A stretch of DNA of 25,894 nt from a virus. The notes under the pieces were generated by a model that was not told the DNA's origin, did not search any database, and saw only the letters and a list, made by a program, of their open reading frames with translations. Location: IMG/VR virus record IMGVR_UViG_3300021077_000115, positions 366,064 to 391,957 of that record. The stretch is one strand, 5' to 3'. Positions within the stretch are counted from its first letter, which is position 1; every line of letters begins with the position of its first letter. Below are positions 1 to 7,192 of the stretch, in pieces. The position numbers and the translations under genes were made by a program.

Positions 1-9
1 CGCTGTGTG

Positions 10-1920
10 TTATCCTGGAGGAGCTGGTGGTTTCGGTGCTCCACCGCCGCCTCCGCCAATCGGAGATGGTGGTGGTGATCCAGACATTGGACCAGGTCCG
101 GGAGGTGCTCCTAATCCCCCACCTAATCCACCTGGTGCCGCTCCTCCACCTGGTGGAGTTATGAATGGACTTTCTCCTGGTACTGGTTGATCAATCTGAG
201 TCACCTCATCAATCTCATCGCCAGGTCCAAGAGCCCTTAGCTCATGAAGATCATATTGTGCTAGAGAGGCTAGTTCTTTGATTCGAATTGCATCTTGAAT
301 ATCTTCGTAGCGAATCTTTCTCTGCTCTTCTTCGTATTCAAGACCAAGGCTTCTATATAGCGTTTGCAATGAAGCGCGCTTAGCCACACCTTCGCCGGTT
401 GTAAGCTGAACCATCTGATTGATGTAACTATCCATATCAAACAATGACATGTGATTCCAATCAATCTCTGGAACAATAAGAGTCTTCTCTCCGTCAATTA
501 GGTCATAAAAGTCCTGGATTTGTGCAATTGGAGCGAAGATTTTTCTCTTCAACCAACTAGACATCATTTGACGGAATTGCATGTATCTCTGTCGCAACAC
601 ATCCAAAGCAACAGATCCTGTTGCATAAGTGGTATCACTGCCATCCATAATAACCGATGGAACCATCAAGCCAATATAGATCTCTTTGATAAGCTGAGTC
701 ACGTCAGCCGAAGTATCATAAATACCCTGGCCATATCCAATACGATCAACGGTTACGGCATCATGGGTGAAAATCTTGAAGTCCCTATCGTATTGAGCTT
801 GCTCGAATACGTGTCTCCAGTTCTCAAGATCAACTGGGCTTGGACGGAATTCCTGGTTTCCAATCTTAACCAATGTCAATGGATTGACCATGTTATCTGC
901 TTGTGCATACTTAGATTCGCGCAATTTGTCCCACAACATAAGAGCTCGGAAACACGAAACAATAAGGCCCGTTCCACGAATTTCGTATGGGGAAATTCTT
1001 CTAGCCATATGATGCACATAGAAGTTGTTTAGGGGGATTTGCTCATTCTTTCGTACATGCTCAATGATCGAAGGGTCCAGCTGCTTGCGCTGTTGTAGAT
1101 CTGATGGTTGATTACCAAAAACTACTCGTCTAAGATTCTCATCTGGGCGCATACTAATGATTGGCTCTGCCGCAATTACGCTACGCTGTACGTTGACATA
1201 ATCCGGATTGAGAATCATCAGGCGGCTCCAACTTCCCTTGCTCTCGTCTAACTCGCAATAAGTAAAGGCCTCACCAAGAATCCAAAATTCTTGGGCTGCC
1301 ATACAGGCAATATTCATTAGATCAATTTCCTCCGACATTTGGGAGAAGAACTTCTCTACCTTCGGATTCTTTGATTTGATATTCAACTTAGCAATTGGAT
1401 AAGTTGAGTGTAATGTAATTGCATTATGAACAATTGGATTCAATGCAAAAAAGCTGCGGCTCCAAGCATTGATAGTTGGACGGTCTCTTGGTAAGTTGAG
1501 GTTCGAGTTCAACCATAGAGGAGAGTAGACTTCGGGAACTTGCCTTACAGAATCGTTAGAGCCACGCCAGCCCCCACCAGCAGAAGAGGCAACATTGCCG
1601 ACCCCACTGGCCATTTTATACATACCCTTGCCATTGTGAGTAACTACACCTAAACTAGTTTGAGCATTCCGAACTTCGCTGCGGCCACTCCTAGAAGATG
1701 AGAAACCAGACCCTTGCTCTCTCAGCTCTCCAGCATCAATCTGCATTTCCATAATATCTCGGCGTTGATCACTAACGCCACGAGCCATTCGATTGGAAAC
1801 CTCAGGAATACTAGAGAGAGCTATATTTTTGGCCATTAAGCTTTCAGAACGAGAAGCTATCTTAGCATTCCTTTCAATAAGGTCTTGCGCACGTGTTTTG
1901 GTATTATTAATATCCATCAT
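10..1920 (-). CDS. Putative portal protein (636 aa) with Gly/Pro-rich low-complexity C-terminal tail
   Basis: A 636-aa ORF begins 30 nt after the terminase large-subunit stop on the same strand. That is the canonical terminase-then-portal order, and the size fits a portal. I recognise no portal motif by eye, so the call rests on position and size. A weak SD (AGAGGA) sits about 3 nt before the ATG. Confidence 0.45.
   Translation of the reverse strand: MMDINNTKTRAQDLIERNAKIASRSESLMAKNIALSSIPEVSNRMARGVSDQRRDIMEMQIDAGELREQGSGFSSSRSGRSEVRNAQTSLGVVTHNGKGMYKMASGVGNVASSAGGGWRGSNDSVRQVPEVYSPLWLNSNLNLPRDRPTINAWSRSFFALNPIVHNAITLHSTYPIAKLNIKSKNPKVEKFFSQMSEEIDLMNIACMAAQEFWILGEAFTYCELDESKGSWSRLMILNPDYVNVQRSVIAAEPIISMRPDENLRRVVFGNQPSDLQQRKQLDPSIIEHVRKNEQIPLNNFYVHHMARRISPYEIRGTGLIVSCFRALMLWDKLRESKYAQADNMVNPLTLVKIGNQEFRPSPVDLENWRHVFEQAQYDRDFKIFTHDAVTVDRIGYGQGIYDTSADVTQLIKEIYIGLMVPSVIMDGSDTTYATGSVALDVLRQRYMQFRQMMSSWLKRKIFAPIAQIQDFYDLIDGEKTLIVPEIDWNHMSLFDMDSYINQMVQLTTGEGVAKRASLQTLYRSLGLEYEEEQRKIRYEDIQDAIRIKELASLAQYDLHELRALGPGDEIDEVTQIDQPVPGESPFITPPGGGAAPGGLGGGLGAPPGPGPMSGSPPPSPIGGGGGGAPKPPAPPG
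13..190 (-). repeat. GC-rich low-complexity tract encoding a poly-Gly/Pro tail (PPGGGAAPGGLGGGLGAPPGPGP...GGGGGGAPKPPAPPG)
   Basis: A stretch of ggtgg/ccacc/cctcc-rich sequence stands out against the AT-rich surroundings. It encodes the last ~60 residues of the 636-aa protein. The + strand ORF 5..190 is the mirror-image artefact. Confidence 0.6.
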
Positions 1921-1949
1921 TATCCTCTATATCACTACACGGCCAGTAC

Positions 1950-3818
1950 TTATCCACGGCCACCAAACATCTTAGGAATATACCCAACAACTGCCTGGAT
2001 TGGACGTGCGCTTGTAGCTAGTTCGTATTTCATATATTGTGGATTGCTAATCGTGAATCCCTGGGTTACATCGAATTTCCAAGCCAAATAGGCATTCAAT
2101 AGCGCCATCAAACCGTCGTTAGCTACAGACCCTTTTACATACTTTTTTAAAGGCTCCCCTGACTTATCCCTAGTAACTTTAATCTCCATACTTGCGCAAT
2201 GTTCGATTAGCCATTCGATTCGGTCTAAGCTCCCACCTGGAAACTTGATACGGCCTTCTTTCAAAAGCCCAAGCAACTCTGAAATATAATAGTCTTTTTC
2301 GAATACAACTGTCTTTGGCCACTCATCATTTGAATATTTTATGCGTCCATTTACCTTATGCGAAGAACGAGATGCCAAAAACTTCTCATCATAAATTAGT
2401 TGCAATTTATGTGTCAAGTCATATGCATCACCAATGTCGCCGATGGATAATGTCATATTGTAGCGCCTAAACATTTCCTCAACTGTATTCATCTTCGTCT
2501 CTGGATCTGGTCTAAGCAACCGAGTGGCAAATTCAACATTGAATACATTTCCAGAGGCAGTTAAAATAACAGCACAACTATAGGAACCTTTACGTCCTCG
2601 CCCAGACATCTGTTCAAGCGCTCCTCTCTGGCCCCAGTCGAATCCTGCATAAACTCGACGACCTTCATCAGGATAAATATACTTGACCATCTTGCGACCC
2701 TTATCGATGCACTTATCGCGAATCTCTTGGGACGTAATTGTTCCGCCTTCGCCGTCGTAGAATTCACCAAGAACTTCGTTCATGTAAACGCGCTCGGTAT
2801 TAATTGGACTACGCTCTGGCTTTGCTTTCTCTATGGTCTCTTTGGTAAAATTTGGAATGTATAATTGATTGATGTGATAGCCAACAAAATCACACTTCTC
2901 AGGATCGTTGATTGGAATCCATCGGCCACGTTCCTGAGCTTCAAGCTTATCTTGTTCGCAATGACACTCAGTACATCGAACAATCAAGCCATAGAGCCAT
3001 ACCTCTTCCCAGTTCACACCAGGATGATATAGAGGAAAATATTTTCCACATCTTTCACAGCGCAAATGAAAGTAATTCTGTGAAGAATTCTGCCACATAT
3101 TCCAATAAGATCCGCCTTTGGTCTTGGGCGTTCCATAATATACTTGAACACCTTCACCAGCCATTCCGTATCTGGATTGCGCTAGAATCTTTGTAGCTGC
3201 ACCGATAGCAGCGTCGGACATGTCTTGTACCTCATCAAAGAAAGTACCATCACAAGTACGACCACGAATTCTATCGCCGTCGATACCGGTCGATTCAATC
3301 CAAATCTGATTTCCAAACATGAATTTTTTGAAATGCATGTTGTTATTAGTCGGACTAGACAAATCCAAACGCGCTTCCATGTATGACTTCAGAATGCCAT
3401 TGCTCTTCATCATTCCTGGAACTGGAGCCGCGTGACCAATGATTGGATCAAGTTTATCTTTTGTATACGCTGCCGCTAAAGATAACGTCGGGAACAAATG
3501 CATCATGCGCATTGGTGGACGTTCGTTAGTACCAAACAATCCACAGGCACTGAAGTAACACTCAAGAGCTGCCGCCATCGTCGTCGCCCCCACCTGCCGT
3601 CCTTTCACAAGAACAATGGGTTTTGAGTTTGGCTCAATAGCTTTGAGTGCTATGTATCTGTAAATGTCGGCGAATGGCTTATAGCCAGTACCTTCTAATT
3701 GTAACGGCTTACCATCAACAGTTAAATATTTTGCACAAAAATATACCGGATCAAGACTTAGAATTCCGTCACGAAGTTTATAAAATAACTCATTAAATCC
3801 TATTTCTGCAGATTTCAT
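1950..3818 (-). CDS. terL: Terminase large subunit (ATPase + nuclease), 622 aa
   Basis: It has a Walker A-like motif (VLVKGRQVGATTM) and a Walker B/catalytic motif (DGTFFDEVQD). The length of ~620 aa and the position directly upstream of the portal candidate fit. This is the standard TerL architecture. Confidence 0.85.
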   Translation of the reverse strand: MKSAEIGFNELFYKLRDGILSLDPVYFCAKYLTVDGKPLQLEGTGYKPFADIYRYIALKAIEPNSKPIVLVKGRQVGATTMAAALECYFSACGLFGTNERPPMRMMHLFPTLSLAAAYTKDKLDPIIGHAAPVPGMMKSNGILKSYMEARLDLSSPTNNNMHFKKFMFGNQIWIESTGIDGDRIRGRTCDGTFFDEVQDMSDAAIGAATKILAQSRYGMAGEGVQVYYGTPKTKGGSYWNMWQNSSQNYFHLRCERCGKYFPLYHPGVNWEEVWLYGLIVRCTECHCEQDKLEAQERGRWIPINDPEKCDFVGYHINQLYIPNFTKETIEKAKPERSPINTERVYMNEVLGEFYDGEGGTITSQEIRDKCIDKGRKMVKYIYPDEGRRVYAGFDWGQRGALEQMSGRGRKGSYSCAVILTASGNVFNVEFATRLLRPDPETKMNTVEEMFRRYNMTLSIGDIGDAYDLTHKLQLIYDEKFLASRSSHKVNGRIKYSNDEWPKTVVFEKDYYISELLGLLKEGRIKFPGGSLDRIEWLIEHCASMEIKVTRDKSGEPLKKYVKGSVANDGLMALLNAYLAWKFDVTQGFTISNPQYMKYELATSARPIQAVVGYIPKMFGGRG

Positions 3819-3875
3819 TTATACCTATCTATATAACACATATATGAAAATACAGATAAATGTATAGAATTACAA

Positions 3876-4754
3876 TTACAGATGGCCTTTATCTGGCTCT
3901 AATAGGGTAAACGGATCCTTGTTTGAGTCTTTGTCCCCTGAATAATCAACGTGAGTACCCACACCACGTCCAATGTGAGATGGGACATCATTCCTAGCAA
4001 CGCCCTTATTAATGAGTCTTCCGTTGATCCAATCTAGCAACTCCCTGTCTGAGAAAATTCGATGGTCAACCCCGTCTCTACTAAAGGTTTCAATCAATGA
4101 ATGGAGAATGGCTGGCATCTGAATGCCAATATTTGTCTCTATTACGTTATTGAGAAAGTGCTCAATAGCCGGATTTTCTACGAGTAAATCTGGTTTCTCG
4201 GCATCATCTGCCTCAGAGATTAATTTTTTTTTTCCAGGGTTAGCCTGTAGTTCCTCTTCGGTCATATCGCGAGCTTCGCCATAATCAAGATTCCTTCGGA
4301 AGGCATCAATGGCATCGTCCTTATCACCATCGTCTTCGTCCTCCTCTTCTTCCTCGTCTTCATCTTCCTCGTCCTCATCATCATCCTCTTCGTCTTTGTC
4401 CTCTTCTTCCTCATCTTCGTCTTCGTCATCTTCGGAAGCTTTGGCAATTATTTCGCTAGCAATGGCACTAAGATCGCTTTCGCTGGCTCGCTTCATATAT
4501 TCATCAAGCCCAGTTTGACGCTGATAGTCCTTCACAGCCTCTTCGACAGAGCTATACTTTGGCTTCTGGCCACTAACGATAGCACTCATCATTTCATAAA
4601 TAGAAGGCTGATGCTGACGATCCCTAGCAACTTCAACGGCAGTCTTAGAAGAAGCCATTTTAGTAGCAAGCAGATCAATCCAATCTGGACACTGATCGTC
4701 AGGCTCTCGGCTAATCTCATCGGTTCTGTAAAAGGCACCCTTGTAATTACGCAT
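3876..4754 (-). CDS. Hypothetical protein with ~45-residue poly-Asp/Glu tract (292 aa), located directly upstream of terL
   Basis: It is a long ORF with a good SD (AGAGGA, 5-nt spacer) before the ATG at 4754. It contains the run EDDEDEDEEEEDKDEEDDDEDEEDEDEEEEEDEDDGDKDD. I could not assign a function. Confidence 0.65.
   Translation of the reverse strand: MRNYKGAFYRTDEISREPDDQCPDWIDLLATKMASSKTAVEVARDRQHQPSIYEMMSAIVSGQKPKYSSVEEAVKDYQRQTGLDEYMKRASESDLSAIASEIIAKASEDDEDEDEEEEDKDEEDDDEDEEDEDEEEEEDEDDGDKDDAIDAFRRNLDYGEARDMTEEELQANPGKKKLISEADDAEKPDLLVENPAIEHFLNNVIETNIGIQMPAILHSLIETFSRDGVDHRIFSDRELLDWINGRLINKGVARNDVPSHIGRGVGTHVDYSGDKDSNKDPFTLLEPDKGHL
4321..4430 (-). repeat. Low-complexity GAN-codon repeat (poly-acidic tract)
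   Basis: The + strand reads tcttcgtcctcctcttcttcctcgtcttcatcttcctcgtcctc... This creates spurious poly-Ser and poly-Lys/Arg ORFs in other frames (4309..4518 +, 4262..4447 -). Confidence 0.7.
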
Positions 4755-4761
4755 ATTTATC

Positions 4762-4795
4762 CTCTGTATTATGCAGCAAGCTGTATTATAGAATT
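4762..4795 (-). promoter_or_regulatory. Direct repeat of ATAATACAG (minus-strand sense) with a perfect TATAAT box, ~10–35 nt upstream of the acidic-protein gene
   Basis: The minus-strand reading is tcTATAATACAGcttgctgcATAATACAGaggataaatATG. The same 10-mer ATAATACAGC occurs in the 16404..16552 boundary region. Confidence 0.3.
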
Positions 4796-4838
4796 ATTTT
4801 TGTATTGTTTAGATAATATTCGGATTTATCGCGCATCA

Positions 4839-5744
4839 TTATCCTCGGTATTGCGCACTCCAATCAAACCCATCATTTCTATAAGTTTCAATGTGACTGC
4901 CAACAGCATATCCTCTATCCTGAGACATAGGAAATCCCATATCTGCTAATAACTGGGAAAGTTCAGCCTGCTCCCTTTTATCAAGAGTATATTCTTCTAC
5001 TTGACGCTTGAATATATCCTCAATATCATGTCCGGCCGATACCATTCCATTGATACAAACACGCGCAATTCTTGAAATCAACAATGGAACTGTAATCGTA
5101 ATACCAGTGATATTTGTGGCCTTTTGAGCCTCTTTGACAATGCCAGAATCTTCTGACCAGCTCTTGCTCTTCTTCTTCTTGTGACGCTTGTACTTATCAA
5201 CCTTCACACTCTCTAGACGGTCTAGTAGGCGCTCAAGTCCATTTTCAATTTGCTCACGAGCCCGCTCGGCCTGTGCGGCATCAATCTCATCTTTGAAATC
5301 GGTACGCATAGCTTTTGATATCTCACGATCCAACGCTTCAAAATAAGCAATTGCCTTTTCCAATCCGGTAGTATCATAACCAGAATGTGGGGGAACGCCA
5401 TTGAACATTTTGCTAAGCCAAGGAAGGAAGCTAGAGTGTTCCCATTTCCATGCATCAGAATCTGCAGGATCGGCCTCTACCTCAATATCTTCGTCATCAC
5501 CGTCATTCTCTACAATAATATCCTGTGCATCAGGAGCACCCGGAATCTTGTCAAGATTGAAAATGACTTCATGAGGATCTTTTGAGACCTCAATATTATC
5601 ACCTATTTCAAAGGACGGAAAATGATGCCCGCCTCCCATCAAAGGGACAATAACTTCTCCTAAATCTTGTGCGCGTTTTTCTACCATTACAACCTCAATG
5701 TTGCTAACAAACCTATTCTGAATTATTCGTATAAATTCTTCCAT
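4839..5744 (-). CDS. Hypothetical protein (301 aa)
   Basis: This is a long ORF in the same orientation as its neighbours. It is preceded by a 213-bp AT-rich intergenic region. I saw no recognisable motif. Confidence 0.55.
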   Translation of the reverse strand: MEEFIRIIQNRFVSNIEVVMVEKRAQDLGEVIVPLMGGGHHFPSFEIGDNIEVSKDPHEVIFNLDKIPGAPDAQDIIVENDGDDEDIEVEADPADSDAWKWEHSSFLPWLSKMFNGVPPHSGYDTTGLEKAIAYFEALDREISKAMRTDFKDEIDAAQAERAREQIENGLERLLDRLESVKVDKYKRHKKKKSKSWSEDSGIVKEAQKATNITGITITVPLLISRIARVCINGMVSAGHDIEDIFKRQVEEYTLDKREQAELSQLLADMGFPMSQDRGYAVGSHIETYRNDGFDWSAQYRG

Positions 5745-5957
5745 ACCTTGTAAGCCAATATCTTGCGAATATAGTCTTTTGAGACCTTAAACCTAATAAA
5801 TAAATTAGAAACTCCTTGATAATATAGATTTCTAATATTAATAATATCCTCAGATTTTAATTTTATTCTATTTTTCCAGGCATCACTCATCTTCTTTTTG
5901 TTTCTTGGCTAACAATTCTTCCACTAAGCTTTTTGGAGACCTTCTCTTTTTGCTGAC

Positions 5958-6443
5958 TCATATTTTCCTTATAATATCAATTATATAACTACCTTGAAGG
6001 CTATAAGTTCCAAAGTATAAGTTTCTCGTCACATTGTAGTCGCTGAGGTAACCGGCGGGATAAGTAGTCAGACCTGTGATGATACCATTGAACATCTTGG
6101 AATAATATGGTGATGGCATCAGTGGTTGAGCCGGACCTTGCCCAGGAGCCGTATCATCGTGATTACATTCTACCGCATCATTATGTTCTAGAATATGCCC
6201 CGCATACTTACAAGGAGACGGTTCATCTGAGCTTCGTAATAAATTCCAAGCAAGAAGCTTAGCATTAGCGGCAGCTAACATTTCCTTTTCATCCTCGGAT
6301 GCTTCCTTGCCCATAACTCCAAACGGTGCCATTTGGTCTACATAATCGCCGGCATTTTTGCAGGCAAATGGTATTGGAAGACCGAATGGGCATTTGTTCT
6401 CTTCATTCTTACGAACTTCTGCTATTTTTAAATGACGCTTCAT
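5958..6443 (-). CDS. Hypothetical Cys/His-containing protein (~160 aa from internal ATG), translationally coupled (ATGA) to the upstream nucleotidyltransferase
   Basis: The ATG at 6443..6441 overlaps the TGA stop (6442..6440) of the nucleotidyltransferase ORF. The six-frame ORF runs further upstream (to 6497), but its first Met in context is the ATGA one. It contains CPFGLPIPFACKNAG and CKYAGHILEHNDAVECNHDD. Confidence 0.5.
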   Translation of the reverse strand: MKRHLKIAEVRKNEENKCPFGLPIPFACKNAGDYVDQMAPFGVMGKEASEDEKEMLAAANAKLLAWNLLRSSDEPSPCKYAGHILEHNDAVECNHDDTAPGQGPAQPLMPSPYYSKMFNGIITGLTTYPAGYLSDYNVTRNLYFGTYSLQGSYIIDIIRKI

Positions 6444-7183
6444 AATGCCACCGGTTGTTGCTGTGCAAGAATTCTTGGAATACCAACAACGTTCCAAAGT
6501 TTCATAGTCGAAAGTAACTGCATAGTTTTCTTGACATCAGCCCTTGTGGCATCGGCCAACTTTCTCCTAGAAAATCCAACAGATACTTCTTCCTTAATCT
6601 TGTCGTGGTGATTCAAAACCCACATGATAATGTCTCTTTCAACTGTAAATCCAAGCTTTGCTGCAAGGTAAATCGCTCGCACCACACGCTTCGGGTCATC
6701 TCTAAGAGTGATACGTGGTGGCAATGGGGTCCGGATAATCTTCTTCTTTATATCATCTATAGCCAGACCTGTCGGATCTACAATCTTGCGCAATGCCAAT
6801 GGGATGATAAGAGTGTTACAGGTGAAGTCACGACTGAATAATTCCAACAGCATGCTAGAAGGATCTTTGATGCCGGCCTTTTCTAAAAAGTATGCGGCAT
6901 CTGGAGAATTAAAGTTTGAAGAGAAGTCGAATTTGATTTTGTTTATATACAGCTGATAATGGCCATCAGGAAAGCGTATTGGGTTGACTTTGAATTGTTG
7001 TGCTGTCAACTCTGCTAACTGATGAATGGATTCGTCCCCAGAAGTAATATCAACATCCTCTACTTTATTGATACGATTAAGGATTTTATCACGCGGAAGT
7101 CCGCCGACAATATATGGCTCAGACAAGCCATTGTCTTTAGCAAGGCGCTTCACGTCCAGTAATACATCCCTAACTCCGGCCAT
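6440..7183 (-). CDS. Class-II tRNA nucleotidyltransferase / poly(A) polymerase family head+neck domain (247 aa), lacking body/tail domains
   Basis: The head domain shows YIVGGLPRDKILNRINKVEDVDITS (the GGxxRD ... DxD nucleotidyltransferase motif) and SRDFTCNTL (the conserved RRDFTINAL motif of the PolyA_pol head domain). DDPKRVVRAIYLAAKLGFTV matches the neck motif DPLRILRAlRFaakLgF. Confidence 0.85.
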   Translation of the reverse strand: MAGVRDVLLDVKRLAKDNGLSEPYIVGGLPRDKILNRINKVEDVDITSGDESIHQLAELTAQQFKVNPIRFPDGHYQLYINKIKFDFSSNFNSPDAAYFLEKAGIKDPSSMLLELFSRDFTCNTLIIPLALRKIVDPTGLAIDDIKKKIIRTPLPPRITLRDDPKRVVRAIYLAAKLGFTVERDIIMWVLNHHDKIKEEVSVGFSRRKLADATRADVKKTMQLLSTMKLWNVVGIPRILAQQQPVAL

Positions 7184-7192
7184 TCTTCTCCT

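Noticed and set aside
5-190. + strand 61-aa ORF encoding a Gly/Pro-rich peptide
   Set aside because: It is the mirror-frame artefact of the GC-rich low-complexity tract that encodes the C-terminus of the minus-strand 636-aa protein. It has no independent start context.
520-1032. 170-aa + strand ORF, and similar antisense ORFs (2912..3196, 7026..7607, 7924..8358, 10895..11461, 14215..14880, 21211..21519, 25302..25631)
   Set aside because: All are fully embedded antisense within long, well-supported minus-strand genes. They have no SD and have odd, Ser/Leu/Ile-rich composition, which is typical of shadow ORFs.
4262-4518. poly-Ser (+, 69 aa) and poly-Lys/Arg (-, 61 aa) ORFs
   Set aside because: These are alternative-frame readings of the GAN-codon repeat inside the poly-acidic gene. 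They are pure low-complexity artefacts.
5745-5957. Possible tRNA or small RNA gene in the 213-bp AT-rich gap, also checked in gaps 16404..16552 and 20066..20135
   Set aside because: I could not trace a GC-rich cloverleaf-compatible stem pattern or a T-loop-like GTTC motif by eye. The sequence is AT-rich and looks like a promoter/terminator spacer. tRNAscan-SE should still be run.
5958-7183. Reading the nucleotidyltransferase plus downstream ORF as a single frame-shifted pseudogene
   Set aside because: The junction is a clean ATGA stop/start overlap with an in-context Met. The downstream protein also does not resemble the missing CCA-enzyme body domain. Two coupled genes is therefore more parsimonious. 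A sequencing frameshift cannot be fully excluded without reads.
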